Assembly (NCBI GenBank): GCA_024640505.1
Contig: JAHEEV010000008.1
Span: 2,977 to 66,976 of the forward strand
Source of the DNA: Halieaceae bacterium
GTDB lineage: Bacteria > Pseudomonadota > Gammaproteobacteria > Pseudomonadales > Halieaceae
Direction of reading: 5' to 3'
DNA: 64,000 bases
Shown: in pieces, positions 9,990 to 19,625 of the stretch
Position numbering within the stretch: position 1 is the stretch's first letter
Layout of the letters: every line of letters starts with the position of its first letter
Notes under the pieces: model-generated
Seen by the model: the letters and a program-made list of their open reading frames with translations, nothing else
Database searches by the model: none
What the model was told of the DNA's origin: nothing
Made by a program: the position numbers and the translations under genes

Positions 9990-11861
9990 TTACGACGTTT
10001 TCTCCCGGCCATCCCGGTCACCTTCCTTTTCCCCTGCTTTTTCTTTTTCTTTCGACGTCGGCTTACGCTCCAGCGCCAGGCTGGCCACCGTCCAGCCGGC
10101 GTCGAGGATATTTTTCCACCGGGGTGAATAGGGAGCGAGCTTGCCTTTGTCACTCCAGGCCAGCAGCAGAATGCGTTCGCTGTCTCCCTGGGCCAGGAAA
10201 TCCTCGAAACCGAAGTTTTCCGTGAGCCGCGTTGTCCGGATCTCAGCGCCGCGACTCATGTAACTGAGCAGCTTGGACAGGCTGACATCCTCCGCGAACA
10301 ATCTGCGGCCCGGCATCTCCATCGAGGGCGTGTGTTTGCCGTTGGTGATTTCCCCCTCCTCGACACTCACGGGAAGCGCGAACACGTCACGTCGGCCGAA
10401 GTCACGGGAAAAATAGGCACAGGCGAGACGATTCATCTCTGCGTTGCGCGACATGGCGAACAGCCTGCCGATACCGGCCAGGTCCAGCGTTCGCTCGGCA
10501 TAATCTGACATGGGGTTACCGTAGAACGTGGGAATCCCTGCCATGCGCGCCTGGCGCAGGCTGTCCCAGTCACTGTGGGCGATGACCACATTGAAGTCCG
10601 CACCCTTGAGTACCTTGGCCAGCGCTGTGGAGAACGCATTGGCCCCCAGGATCAATACGCCTTCGGGCTCCGGTTCCGCCACGCCCAGTGCGCGGGCCAG
10701 GGGACGAGCCGTGACGCTCTGCAGGACAACCGTCCCCACGATAACGACGAAGGTCAGGGGCACCAAAAGGTCTGCCCCGGCGACGTTCTGCGCCGCCAGC
10801 CGCTCGGCGAATACCGCGCTTATAGCCGCCGCGATGATGCCACGCGGCCCTATCCAGGCGAGCGTTGCGCGCTCCTGCCAGCGCAGGGTCGAACCCAGCG
10901 TACAGAGGAACACCTTGAAGGGGCGCCCGATAAACTGGATGCTCAGCATCACCAGGAGTGCGGTCCAGCCCAGCGTCTGCAGCTGCTCGAAATCCAGTCG
11001 CGCCGCAAGCAGTATGAAAAGTCCCGAGATCAGGAGAATGCTCAGGCTCTCCTTGAAGTCGAGCAGCTCGCGAATATGCAGCCTGCTGGTGTTGGCCAGC
11101 CACACCCCCATCACCGTAACGGCCAGAAGACCCGACTCAGAGGCAATCGTGTCAGCGATGGCGTAGACGGCAAAGACCACGAGAAGGGTCGCGACGTTGT
11201 GCAGGAACTGGGGAACCCAGAAGCGACGCAGGGCCTGGCCCCAGAGTTGACCGGCGACACCGCCGACGATGAGCCCGCTGGCCAGCATGCGCAACAGCAG
11301 GGTGAATACTTCGAACCAGCTGGTCGTCATTTGACTGGCGAGAATGACTGTAAAGGTCAGTACCGCCAGAATCGCCCCCAGGGGGTCCACCAGGATACCC
11401 TCCCACCGGAGAATGTTGGCGACCGCACGCGTAGGCCGTACCGCCTGGAGCATGGGCATGATCACCGTGGGACCGGTTACGGTCATGATCGCGCCGAACA
11501 GGAAAGCGAGGGGCCAGTCCATCCCGACGATCCAGTGCGCCATTCCCGCCACCAGGACCCAGATGATGAGCACGCCCCAGCTTATCAGTCGTCGCACCAC
11601 CAGGCCGTGGCCGCGGATCTCTTCCCGGTTCAGGGTCAGGCTGCCCTCGAACAGGATGACCGCGACGGAGAGAGAGATGAACGGGAACAGCAGGTCGCCG
11701 AAGAGTTGGTCCGGATCCAGTAGCCCGGTGACCGGTCCAAGCGCCACACCGGCACTCAGCAGAAACAGGATGGCCGGGACCCGTAATCGCCAGGCCAGCC
11801 ACTGGGAGACCAGCGACAAGATACCGATGCCGACGAGCAGAAGCAGAACCTGGTGGGACAT
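9990..11861 (-). CDS. Cation:proton antiporter (CPA1 / NhaP-type) with C-terminal RCK/KTN-like domain
   Basis: About 400 aa of hydrophobic Na+/H+ exchanger-type N-terminus. C-terminal VLILGANAFSTALAKVLKGADFNVVIAHSDWDSLRQARMAGIPTFYGNP follows the KTN fold pattern, but the GxGxxG is degenerate (GANAFS). Lys/Glu-rich tail. Confidence 0.9.
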   Translation of the reverse strand: MSHQVLLLLVGIGILSLVSQWLAWRLRVPAILFLLSAGVALGPVTGLLDPDQLFGDLLFPFISLSVAVILFEGSLTLNREEIRGHGLVVRRLISWGVLIIWVLVAGMAHWIVGMDWPLAFLFGAIMTVTGPTVIMPMLQAVRPTRAVANILRWEGILVDPLGAILAVLTFTVILASQMTTSWFEVFTLLLRMLASGLIVGGVAGQLWGQALRRFWVPQFLHNVATLLVVFAVYAIADTIASESGLLAVTVMGVWLANTSRLHIRELLDFKESLSILLISGLFILLAARLDFEQLQTLGWTALLVMLSIQFIGRPFKVFLCTLGSTLRWQERATLAWIGPRGIIAAAISAVFAERLAAQNVAGADLLVPLTFVVIVGTVVLQSVTARPLARALGVAEPEPEGVLILGANAFSTALAKVLKGADFNVVIAHSDWDSLRQARMAGIPTFYGNPMSDYAERTLDLAGIGRLFAMSRNAEMNRLACAYFSRDFGRRDVFALPVSVEEGEITNGKHTPSMEMPGRRLFAEDVSLSKLLSYMSRGAEIRTTRLTENFGFEDFLAQGDSERILLLAWSDKGKLAPYSPRWKNILDAGWTVASLALERKPTSKEKEKAGEKEGDRDGREKTS

Positions 11862-12003
11862 GAAACGTTCCTTGCGCGGGTGCGGGCGTGCGCAGCCATG
11901 TTAGCCCAGCCGCCGGGCACAATGAAGGCTGGCCCTGGTTAAATGCCCACCCGGCCCGATGCCAGCACCGTCATCCCGCCTGGCGGTCCGCCTTTGACCG
12001 GGA

Positions 12004-14160
12004 CTACATCCCCCCGGAGATCACTTTCCCCGCATCTGAGTCTGCAGTTTTGGCTCCAGCCACCGATTCACGTGCAGCGGCTTCAGCCGGGGCCTGCTTC
12101 GCCCGCATGCGCAGATAGTGACGCATATCCTCGAGGTCTGAGTCAGCCAAGTGCGGCGAGGGTGGCATACCTTTCGGTTTGAGTGCGCCACCCTTGACCA
12201 CGGCCTTGAAGACATTTTCATCGAGAATCATCGGTGAATAGCGCAGATCAGGGGCGGCACCACCACCTATCGCGTTCATGCCGTGGCAGACCAGGCAGGC
12301 ATTATTGGCGTACGCCATGGCGCCCGCCATGACCCGTTCCGGATCCGGCTTAAAACCCGGATCCTCTGGTGGAATCAGTTCCGGCATATCGAAAGCCGGG
12401 AGGCTGGCAGTGCCATCGATAGAGAATGTCAGCACACGGCGGGGCAGCTGGTAGTCGGTGCGATAGGCTGCGTTGCCTGTCGCCAGGATGCCTCCCCCCT
12501 GCGAGCCATTACCGGTCAGAACAGTGACATACTGTTTGCCCTTCACGCTGTAGGAGATCGGTGGGGCAACGATCGGGGCCGCCGTCTTGAAGGACCAGGT
12601 CTCCCTGCCCGTTTTTGCATCATAGGCCACCAGGTAGCCGTCAATCCGCCCCTGGAAAACCAGATCACCGGCGGTTGCCAGCACGCCACCGGGCCAGGCG
12701 CCGGGCAGTTCGATAGTCCAGGCAGGCTGCTGGGTAAGGGGGTTCCAGGCTTTGAGGAAGCTGCGCCGACTGCCCGGCAGTTCCGCGTCGGGAATCAAGG
12801 TCGCCCCCATACCCGCGCCGATACCGGCGGCGCCGGGACGGGGTGGGCCGATCAGCGCGCCAACTTCCATAATCGGGACGTATACGAGCCCGGTTCGCGG
12901 GCTGAAAGCCTGCGGCAGCCAGCTGTGGGCGCCCTGTGGCCCTGGCCAGAGCTCGAACAACTCCGGTTTGCCCTGGTAGCGAATACCGGGGTTTTCGACC
13001 GGGCGCCCGGTGTCCGGGTCGATCTTTTCCGCCCAGGTCACCCTGGCTATTTTCTCGGCAGAAATAAATTCTCCCGTGGCGGCGTCCACTACATAGAAGA
13101 AGCCATTCTTGGGTGCCTGCAACACGACCTTGCGTGGCTTGCCATCGATTTCCAGGGTCGCGATCGTCATATCCTGCGATGCGGTGCAGTCCCATTGTTC
13201 CGCGGGACAGACCTGGTAGTGCCAGACATACTCGCCCGTATCGGCCTTCACCGCTACGATCGAGGCAAGGAAGAGATTGTCGCCACCGCCGGGGCTGCGC
13301 ATCTGGTGATTATAGGGGAAACCATTGCCTACCCCGAGGTAGACCAGATCCAGTTCCTCGTCGTAGCTGAAGGCATTCCAGGCGGTGCCACCCCCACCTT
13401 TGCCGAACCAGTCACCCTTCCAGGTGGGGCGCATTACCTGCTCTGCCTTGCTGTCTGCAGGCCTGGAGGGATCGCCGGGCACCGTATAAAAGCGCCACAA
13501 CTGCTCGCCTGTCATGGCATCGTAGGCCGTGACATATCCGCGAATGGGGCTGATATCCGCGCCACCGTGGCCGACAATGACTTTGCCGTCAAATACACGA
13601 GGCGCACCGTTACTGTTGCGCAGCTCCGTCAGCTCAAACTGGCGCTGTTCCCATACCGGCTTGCCGGTAGCGTCGTCCAGTGCGATCACGCGACCGTCCG
13701 TGGTAGCAAGAAAGACCCGTCCGTTCCACCAGGCGATGCCCTTGTTGCCCCAGCTCATATGCAGGGAAGATTGCGCAATGTCCCGCACCCCTGGGTCGTA
13801 CTCCCACAATAATTTGCCGCTGGCCGCATCGAACGCGCGAATGTGGTTGTGCCCCGTCGTGGTGAACAGCTTACCGCCGGCCTCGACCGGTGCCGAGACC
13901 GAAAAGCCCGGCTCGAGGTCATAGGACCAGGCCAGGCTCAGCTCGTCCACATTGGCAACAGTAATCTGATCGAGGGGGCTGAAATGCTGCTCACTGCCGT
14001 CGCGCCCGAAATTGGGCCAGTCACCCGCCTCCGTCGCAAACAGATCGCCGGGGTAGAAGCCGAACAGGGCAAATGCTGCGGCCAGTGCAGGCGCGAGTAC
14101 GCCCCCTGGGGAATCGTCCACTCTACCCTTCACTGCGTTTATCATTATGCGTATACCCAT
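12004..14160 (-). CDS. PQQ-dependent quinohaemoprotein alcohol dehydrogenase (methanol/ethanol family with C-terminal cytochrome c domain)
   Basis: N-terminal GDWPNFGRDGSEQHFSPLDQITVANVDELSLAWSY and repeated Trp-docking propeller blades. C-terminal haem-c motif CLVCHG. The ORF track extends to 14397, but the first 79 codons have no signal-peptide character; ATG at 14160 (or 14145) precedes a signal-like AAAFALFGF segment. Confidence 0.9.
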   Translation of the reverse strand: MGIRIMINAVKGRVDDSPGGVLAPALAAAFALFGFYPGDLFATEAGDWPNFGRDGSEQHFSPLDQITVANVDELSLAWSYDLEPGFSVSAPVEAGGKLFTTTGHNHIRAFDAASGKLLWEYDPGVRDIAQSSLHMSWGNKGIAWWNGRVFLATTDGRVIALDDATGKPVWEQRQFELTELRNSNGAPRVFDGKVIVGHGGADISPIRGYVTAYDAMTGEQLWRFYTVPGDPSRPADSKAEQVMRPTWKGDWFGKGGGGTAWNAFSYDEELDLVYLGVGNGFPYNHQMRSPGGGDNLFLASIVAVKADTGEYVWHYQVCPAEQWDCTASQDMTIATLEIDGKPRKVVLQAPKNGFFYVVDAATGEFISAEKIARVTWAEKIDPDTGRPVENPGIRYQGKPELFELWPGPQGAHSWLPQAFSPRTGLVYVPIMEVGALIGPPRPGAAGIGAGMGATLIPDAELPGSRRSFLKAWNPLTQQPAWTIELPGAWPGGVLATAGDLVFQGRIDGYLVAYDAKTGRETWSFKTAAPIVAPPISYSVKGKQYVTVLTGNGSQGGGILATGNAAYRTDYQLPRRVLTFSIDGTASLPAFDMPELIPPEDPGFKPDPERVMAGAMAYANNACLVCHGMNAIGGGAAPDLRYSPMILDENVFKAVVKGGALKPKGMPPSPHLADSDLEDMRHYLRMRAKQAPAEAAARESVAGAKTADSDAGKVISGGM

Positions 14161-14391
14161 TATCCAGTCCTGACGATAAGGCTCATAGCGCTCGCCGTGA
14201 GCGTTAAAACAAGCGCAAGCGGACCCTTTGAGACTATGACATGCTTTCGGCACGGTTAACCTATCAGCCAAGGCAATCCGAATGCAACGAGGGGCCGGGA
14301 TGAGTTTGTCCGGCACTTGTCCAGTATGGCCCTCGTCTGCTCCCCGGGCTGCTCCGTAACAACTATGTGTTTGGCAAACGAGGAGAAAATT

Positions 14392-14733
14392 GTGCAATTA
14401 ACCGTGGAAGCGTGGCATAAACCGGAGCTCGAGAGCAACTCCCGCAAACTCGGTCGGATGCGACTGGACATCGATGAGCAGGCGTATCGTTCCCTCGAGA
14501 AAATCGAGAAAAAACTGCAGGAGAGCGAGGAGAGGGAAGCCTATTTGGCCGTGGATCCTGCAGAACTGGACCTTCAGCTTCCCCGGCAATGTGGACAGCT
14601 CTCTAATTTCAGGATCAGGGTCTACCTCCGGGAGGAGGATGACAGCGGTCTTTTCCACCTGGTGGGCCGCCGCGAGGCGGATGACGGTCTCGTTTATACC
14701 AACGCCGTCATGCTGAGGACTGTTGCTTCCTGA
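14392..14733 (+). CDS. Hypothetical small acidic protein
   Basis: ORF 14317..14733. An in-frame GTG at 14392 is preceded by AGGAGA (14381-14386) and avoids overlap with the dehydrogenase ORF. No motif recognised. Confidence 0.4.
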   Translation: MQLTVEAWHKPELESNSRKLGRMRLDIDEQAYRSLEKIEKKLQESEEREAYLAVDPAELDLQLPRQCGQLSNFRIRVYLREEDDSGLFHLVGRREADDGLVYTNAVMLRTVAS

Positions 14734-14791
14734 CAGACCTCGACCCGCTACACCTTCAACTAACGGTAAACGCAAACTGACAGGAGTTGTT

Positions 14792-15295
14792 ATGAAAAAC
14801 CGCGTATTTTTTCTGGTGGAAGATATCGAGGCGGCCAAGCTTCTGGTACCGGATATCAGGCGACTCGGCATAGAAGATACTGATCTGCACGTCATCGCCA
14901 ATCAGAGCATCGCCCTGGAACCTTTGCCGGAACCAGACATCGCTCACAGAAGCGACCTGGTGAACGCCGCGAGGCGTGGGGCACTGACAGGTGGCACCCT
15001 GGGACTGGTCGGAGGGCTGGTGGCACTGACGGTTCCCGTCGCCGGGCTCACCCTGGGAGGGGGCGCCGTGCTGGCCAGTACCGCTCTGGGCACAGCCCTG
15101 GGTACATGGTTCAGCACACTGGTCGGCGTGAGCGTTCCCAATCAGGAGGTAGAACAGTACCGCGATCGCATCGATCGCGGCGAGGTGATGATCATCGTAG
15201 ACCTGGAACCGGAGCAGGAAGCCCTGTTCACGGGCCTGATGGCGGACAGGCACCCTGAAACCCTGATCGAATACGGCAATCTCGACGCCGCGTAG
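14792..15295 (+). CDS. Membrane protein with YflT/general-stress-protein-17M-like domain and glycine-zipper TM region
   Basis: ATG at 14792 preceded by AGGAG (14782-14786). The N-terminus VFFLVEDIEAAKLLVPDIRRLGIEDTDLHVIAN and the C-terminus QYRDRIDRGEVMIIVD flank GGTLGLVGGLVALTVPVAGLTLGGGAVLASTALGTALG. Confidence 0.6.
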   Translation: MKNRVFFLVEDIEAAKLLVPDIRRLGIEDTDLHVIANQSIALEPLPEPDIAHRSDLVNAARRGALTGGTLGLVGGLVALTVPVAGLTLGGGAVLASTALGTALGTWFSTLVGVSVPNQEVEQYRDRIDRGEVMIIVDLEPEQEALFTGLMADRHPETLIEYGNLDAA

Positions 15296-15373
15296 CGGAC
15301 CAGAAAACGTCGCTGCATTCTGTCCTCATCCGGGAGAGGCGGTCACCAGACCGGCCGGGGCGCTGTAGCCCGG

Positions 15374-15886
15374 TCAGCTCTCCTGGCTGGCAGCCGCGCG
15401 TGTCATGGCCTCGCCAAGCAGCGCAATATTTCCCCGGGTATAATTCATCTCCAGTTTCGACCTGCAGATAACCCAGCCCCGCGGTCCCTGCTCAAAGGTG
15501 TTGGTGTACTCCCCCACGACCGTCACCACGTCCTGTTCACCGGCAATAGTCACCTCGGGATCGGGATAAATCACGTGTTCCGCCGTCAAATAGGCCCGAC
15601 AGGTGACACTGTCACCCGCGAACTCGAAACGGTGGTTGGTAATGGTGTGCCGGGTGATGTCAAAACCGTTGATCACACTCTGTAACACCGGTATCCAGTC
15701 ATCCGCCGGACGCGGCACATCGGGACCACCGGAGGCCTCACTGAGGCCGCCGTAATCAAGGTACACTTCGTCCGCGAAGCAATCGCGCACCATGGACCAG
15801 TTCTTTCTGTCCAGGCCCTCGGCGTAGGCGTTGTAGTTTTCGATGATGGCAGCCCTTATCTCCGCCAGCTTATCGCTTGCAGCCAT
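15374..15886 (-). CDS. NTF2/SnoaL-like family protein
   Basis: 170 aa. The pattern NYNAYAEGLDRKNWSMVRDCFADEVYLDY ... ITRHTITNHRF ... CRAYLTAEH is typical of SnoaL_4/NTF2-fold proteins. Confidence 0.8.
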   Translation of the reverse strand: MAASDKLAEIRAAIIENYNAYAEGLDRKNWSMVRDCFADEVYLDYGGLSEASGGPDVPRPADDWIPVLQSVINGFDITRHTITNHRFEFAGDSVTCRAYLTAEHVIYPDPEVTIAGEQDVVTVVGEYTNTFEQGPRGWVICRSKLEMNYTRGNIALLGEAMTRAAASQES

Positions 15887-15892
15887 AGTGTT

Positions 15893-16672
15893 TCAGTCCT
15901 TATGCAATTTGGGCACGGCCCCTTCGGTGATCGTGGTCGTGTTGTCCACCACCATGGCCGCGCCGTTGACCGATTTTGATTCGTCGGAGGCGAGAAACAA
16001 CACCATATTGGCCACATCCGAAGGTTCGCCGACCCAGAGCTTGTCCATCTGTTCGACGGCGGCGGGATCACTCCTGAGAACCGTTTCCCGCATTTCCCGC
16101 AGCATGGGCGTGTCCATGTTACCGGGGTGTATGGAGTTGCAGCGCACCCCGTAACCCTCCTGGGCGCTCAGGCAGGCGACGGACTTTGTCATGCCGCGGA
16201 TGGCGCTTTTGGAAGCGGCATAGGCGAAGATATTCGGCCCGCCCTGGATGCTGGCCGTGGAACACATGTTGATAATGGATCCGCTGCCCTGCCGTTTCAT
16301 AATCCGCAACGCGTGCTTGCAACCGTAGAACGTGCCGTCGGTGCCCACCGCATTGACCAGGCGCCAGATAGCCTCGGTAGTGTCCTCGATGCTCGCCAGC
16401 CGGGCGACACCGGCACCATTGAGCACAATGTCGAGGCTGCCGGACTCCTCCACCACCTCATCGACCAGGCGCTCCCAGGCAGGTTCTCTGGTGACGTCCA
16501 GGAGGGCGAAGCGCGCACCCGGAATATCCGCCGCAGCTTCACGTCCCTGTTCTTCGTTGATGTCAGCCATCACCACCCGCGCGCCCTCTTCCGCCAGGCG
16601 CCTGGCCGATGCCAGGCCAAGGCCGGAGGCTGCGCCGGTGACGATAGCCACTTTTTCTTCTACACGTCCCAT
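15893..16672 (-). CDS. Short-chain dehydrogenase/reductase (SDR)
   Basis: TGAASGLG cofactor motif, NGAG, and catalytic YAASKSA (YxxxK). Confidence 0.9.
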   Translation of the reverse strand: MGRVEEKVAIVTGAASGLGLASARRLAEEGARVVMADINEEQGREAAADIPGARFALLDVTREPAWERLVDEVVEESGSLDIVLNGAGVARLASIEDTTEAIWRLVNAVGTDGTFYGCKHALRIMKRQGSGSIINMCSTASIQGGPNIFAYAASKSAIRGMTKSVACLSAQEGYGVRCNSIHPGNMDTPMLREMRETVLRSDPAAVEQMDKLWVGEPSDVANMVLFLASDESKSVNGAAMVVDNTTTITEGAVPKLHKD

Positions 16673-16739
16673 GGCTTTTTATTCCCGAAGAGGTTACCTG
16701 TCCGCTTGCAAATTTCTACCGCGATGTTACCTTATCATA

Positions 16740-16761
16740 AAACAGTCAGTCCGTACTGTTT
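16740..16761. promoter_or_regulatory. Operator-like palindrome, site a (AAACAGT-N8-ACTGTTT)
   Basis: ATAAAACAGTCAGTCCGTACTGTTTATAT lies in the 190-bp divergent region between SDR 15893..16672 and Rieske 16863..18254. It belongs to the recurring AAACAG...CTGTTT family (see findings). Confidence 0.45.
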
Positions 16762-16862
16762 ATATGAAAAATAATGGAAACCCGGCACGAGCGTGAAGGA
16801 ATTTGTGAGGTCGTCTTGCGCGACACGGCGACTGGGGCACTCAGCGACTTAGAGTAAACACC

Positions 16863-18254
16863 ATGGGAAAGAAAGTATCATCGAGCGACCCGGATAGACT
16901 GGCCCGCTCGCCGGGCAGGTCCTACCAGGAACTCCTGAACGAAGAGACGAACCCGGTCCCGGACTGCCTCCGGGAAAATACCAACCCCTACCTGGGTTCC
17001 GGGAACCTGTCCGTTGACCGCTATCTATCCCGGGAATTTCACGAGAAGGAAGTCGAGCACATCTGGAGGCGCACCTGGCAGGCCGTGTGCCGAGAAACCG
17101 AAGTTGCCGGGCCGGGCGATACACATGTCTATGATATCGTGCGCTTTTCCATCATCGTTTGCCGCACGCAAGAGGGCTCACTGAGAGCCTATCGCAACGC
17201 CTGCCTGCACCGCGGTCGACAACTCGTGGATCAGAACGGCAACTACGAGAAATTCAGCTGCCCCTACCACGCCTTTACCTGGAGCCTGGAAGGAGCGTTC
17301 AAGGGGGCCCCGTGCAAGTGGGATTTTCCCCATATCGATCCCGACAGGTTCGGCCTGCCACAGGTCCAGGTGGATACCTGGGGCGGCTGGGTGTTCATCA
17401 ACATGGATCGGGAGGCACCGCCGCTGCGCGACTACCTGGGTGTGCTGCCGGAACATTTCAAGCGCTGGAAGCCGGAAAACGCCTACAAGATGATACACGT
17501 GGAGAAGGTCATTCCGTGCAACTGGAAGGTCGGCTGGGAGGCATTCATCGAGTCTTACCATGCCGTGGCCACGCACCCCCAGATCCTTCACTATACGGCC
17601 GACGCCGACTCCCAGTACGATGTCTGGCCACCCCACATCAGCCGCACTATCACCGCCCTGGGCGTGCCGTCTTTCCACCTCGACGCTATAACAGACCAGC
17701 AGGTGGCGGATGCCATGCTGGGGGTTTCCGCCATGGTTGCCAGGCCTGACGGAACAGAAGTGCCCAGCGGCATGAGTGCCAGGGAGTTCATCGGCGTGAA
17801 GAATTCGGCAGAATTCAGCAAAAACCACGACCGGGAACTGGCGAGCTTCGCCACCAATGCGGAGCGCATGGACTCAATTCTCTATTCGATATTCCCCAAC
17901 TTCGCGCCATGGGCAGGCTTTCACCCCAACATCACCTACCGCTTCCGGCCCAACGGTGACGATCATACGACCGCGCTCATGGAGATCATGGTGCTGTGTC
18001 AGCTGCCAACGGGGGCGGAGCACCCCGGGGACTGTCCGGCTCGGCGCATGGGTGAGGACGAACTGTTTTCAGAGGCTCCGGAACTGGGCCCGGGCCTGGG
18101 CACGATCTTCGACCAGGACCTGTTTAACATGCCCATGATCCAGAAGGGCATGCACAATGTGGAGTCGCGGGAGCTGGTACTGGCCAACTACCACGAGGTC
18201 CGCATCCGGCACTTTCACCAGACCATCGACAAATATATCAACGGGGAGCTGTAA
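16863..18254 (+). CDS. Rieske [2Fe-2S] non-haem-iron oxygenase, alpha subunit type (paralogue 1)
   Basis: Rieske motif CLHRGRQL...CPYHAFTW (CxH...CxxH). Large C-terminal catalytic domain. Full-length paralogue of 22219..23604. No beta subunit gene adjacent. Confidence 0.9.
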   Translation: MGKKVSSSDPDRLARSPGRSYQELLNEETNPVPDCLRENTNPYLGSGNLSVDRYLSREFHEKEVEHIWRRTWQAVCRETEVAGPGDTHVYDIVRFSIIVCRTQEGSLRAYRNACLHRGRQLVDQNGNYEKFSCPYHAFTWSLEGAFKGAPCKWDFPHIDPDRFGLPQVQVDTWGGWVFINMDREAPPLRDYLGVLPEHFKRWKPENAYKMIHVEKVIPCNWKVGWEAFIESYHAVATHPQILHYTADADSQYDVWPPHISRTITALGVPSFHLDAITDQQVADAMLGVSAMVARPDGTEVPSGMSAREFIGVKNSAEFSKNHDRELASFATNAERMDSILYSIFPNFAPWAGFHPNITYRFRPNGDDHTTALMEIMVLCQLPTGAEHPGDCPARRMGEDELFSEAPELGPGLGTIFDQDLFNMPMIQKGMHNVESRELVLANYHEVRIRHFHQTIDKYINGEL

Positions 18255-18327
18255 AGACCCCGCGCCGTGGCGCGCTGAAGATTTGCCTGCGCGTGGTCCG
18301 GCGTCTTTACCGGGGAGCGCGGCCGGG

Positions 18328-18831
18328 TCAGTCCGCAACACCCGGTACCGTCCCCTCATGAGACGCGTGGGCGATCTTGTCCCCGTCGAACAGCAGGCTC
18401 ATCTCCGGGATGAGTTCTATAACGACCCGCAGCGGCGTGTCCAGGTATGCCAGTGCGGCCTCGGCGGTCGGCGCCGGGTAGGGAGAAATGATCTCCGCCA
18501 TGGCGGGGTAAAACCAGTCCTTGGTGGCCTGGTCTTCATGCAGCACCACCCTGCCCTTGTAGGTGATCTGCTTGCCGGGCCCCATATCCGTGCCCATGCT
18601 GGAAATGACTACCGTAGCTCGAGGATCCCGCTGCAAAGCCTTGATGCGGGGCCGCTGGCGGGTAGCGGTCAGCCAGATGGAGCCATCCTTCGCGACGTAG
18701 TTCATGATCACGCCCATACCGTGACCTTCCTTGTTGGTCCAGATAAAGTTGCACTCGATCTGCTTCTCCAGCAGCTCCTGCTCCCGCTCCGGTGACAAGC
18801 GGTAAATGGTGACGTCTTCATAGCCCTGCAT
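18328..18831 (-). CDS. Pyridoxamine 5'-phosphate oxidase (PPOX) / flavin- or F420-binding split-barrel family protein
   Basis: 167 aa. NFIWTNKEGHGMGVIMNYVAKDGSIWLTATRQRPRIKALQRDPRATVVIS fits the PPOX-class split beta-barrel pattern. SD GGGAGAG lies 6 nt upstream of the ATG. Confidence 0.7.
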   Translation of the reverse strand: MQGYEDVTIYRLSPEREQELLEKQIECNFIWTNKEGHGMGVIMNYVAKDGSIWLTATRQRPRIKALQRDPRATVVISSMGTDMGPGKQITYKGRVVLHEDQATKDWFYPAMAEIISPYPAPTAEAALAYLDTPLRVVIELIPEMSLLFDGDKIAHASHEGTVPGVAD

Positions 18832-18866
18832 GACGATCTCTCCCTGATTGGTTGTGTGTCGTTCCG

Positions 18867-19625
18867 CTATTCGAAGCGGGGCAGATGCCCCATCTGCTGC
18901 CCACCCGCCAGATCCAGTACCTGCCCGTTGATGTAACCGGATCTTCCCTCGTCAGCCAGGAACAGGGCCGCCTCGGCCACGTCATCCAGGGTTCCCATCC
19001 GGCCTGCCGGGGTCTCCCTGAGGTGGCCCTGTACGACCGGATCCATCTCGAACAGCTCGGCAGTCATATCGGTATTTATCAGGCCGGCCGCGATTGAATT
19101 GAAGCGCACCTTCTGTGCCGCGTACTCCACCGCGGCGACCTTGATGGCGTAATCGATACCCGCTCGCGCGGCAGAGTAGACGGCCAGGCCGGGGCCGGGA
19201 ATACGCGCGGTCAGTGAAGACATGGTGATCACGGAACCCCCGTCGGACATGGCGGCGGCAGCGTGTTTGAAAAATAACAGTGCGCCGATGAAACTGGTTT
19301 CCAGGGAAGGCCGGATCTGCTCGGCAGTCAAATCCGCGATGGCGCCCGCGGCATAGTTGCCGGCGGAATAGACACCGATATCGACCCGGCCATAGTGCTC
19401 ACGTACCGCCGAAAACAGCCGCTCGATCTGCTGCTCGTCGCTGACGTCGCAACCGACCGCCAGGCCCCCGAGTTCCGAGGCCAGCGCCCGCAAAGGCTCT
19501 TCACGGCGGGCCGTCACCACCACATTGGCGCCCTCGGCGCCCAGTCGCCGCGCAATGGCCGCGCCGAAATTGGCCTTGCCCGAGGCGCCCATTATCACTG
19601 CCGTCTTGCCGGCCAGAGTTCCCAT
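18867..19625 (-). CDS. SDR family oxidoreductase (atypical: YSAAR instead of YxxxK)
   Basis: Rossmann N-terminus KTAVIMGASGKANFGAAIARRL and NSIAAG. The active-site tetrad position reads VYSAARAG (codon CGA), so the usual Lys is Arg. SD AGGAGGA upstream. Confidence 0.85.
   Translation of the reverse strand: MGTLAGKTAVIMGASGKANFGAAIARRLGAEGANVVVTARREEPLRALASELGGLAVGCDVSDEQQIERLFSAVREHYGRVDIGVYSAGNYAAGAIADLTAEQIRPSLETSFIGALLFFKHAAAAMSDGGSVITMSSLTARIPGPGLAVYSAARAGIDYAIKVAAVEYAAQKVRFNSIAAGLINTDMTAELFEMDPVVQGHLRETPAGRMGTLDDVAEAALFLADEGRSGYINGQVLDLAGGQQMGHLPRFE

Noticed and set aside
10021-10062. Polypyrimidine/CTT-rich tract, considered as a simple repeat or regulatory element.
   Set aside because: It lies inside the antiporter coding region and simply encodes its Lys/Glu-rich C-terminal tail on the other strand.
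14161-14397. N-terminal extensions suggested by the ORF track for several genes: PQQ-ADH to 14397, Mo enzyme from 29452, E1 beta from 34696, E2 from 35700, DUF1592 protein from 54817, MarR from 4760, SDR from 47504, DUF35 to 25228, MDR to 29188.
   Set aside because: The extensions overlap the upstream gene or lack coding character. Internal ATG/GTG/TTG starts have SD sequences or typical coupling (ATGA/GTGA), and they yield N-termini matching the family (signal peptide, Cys cluster, Rossmann start).
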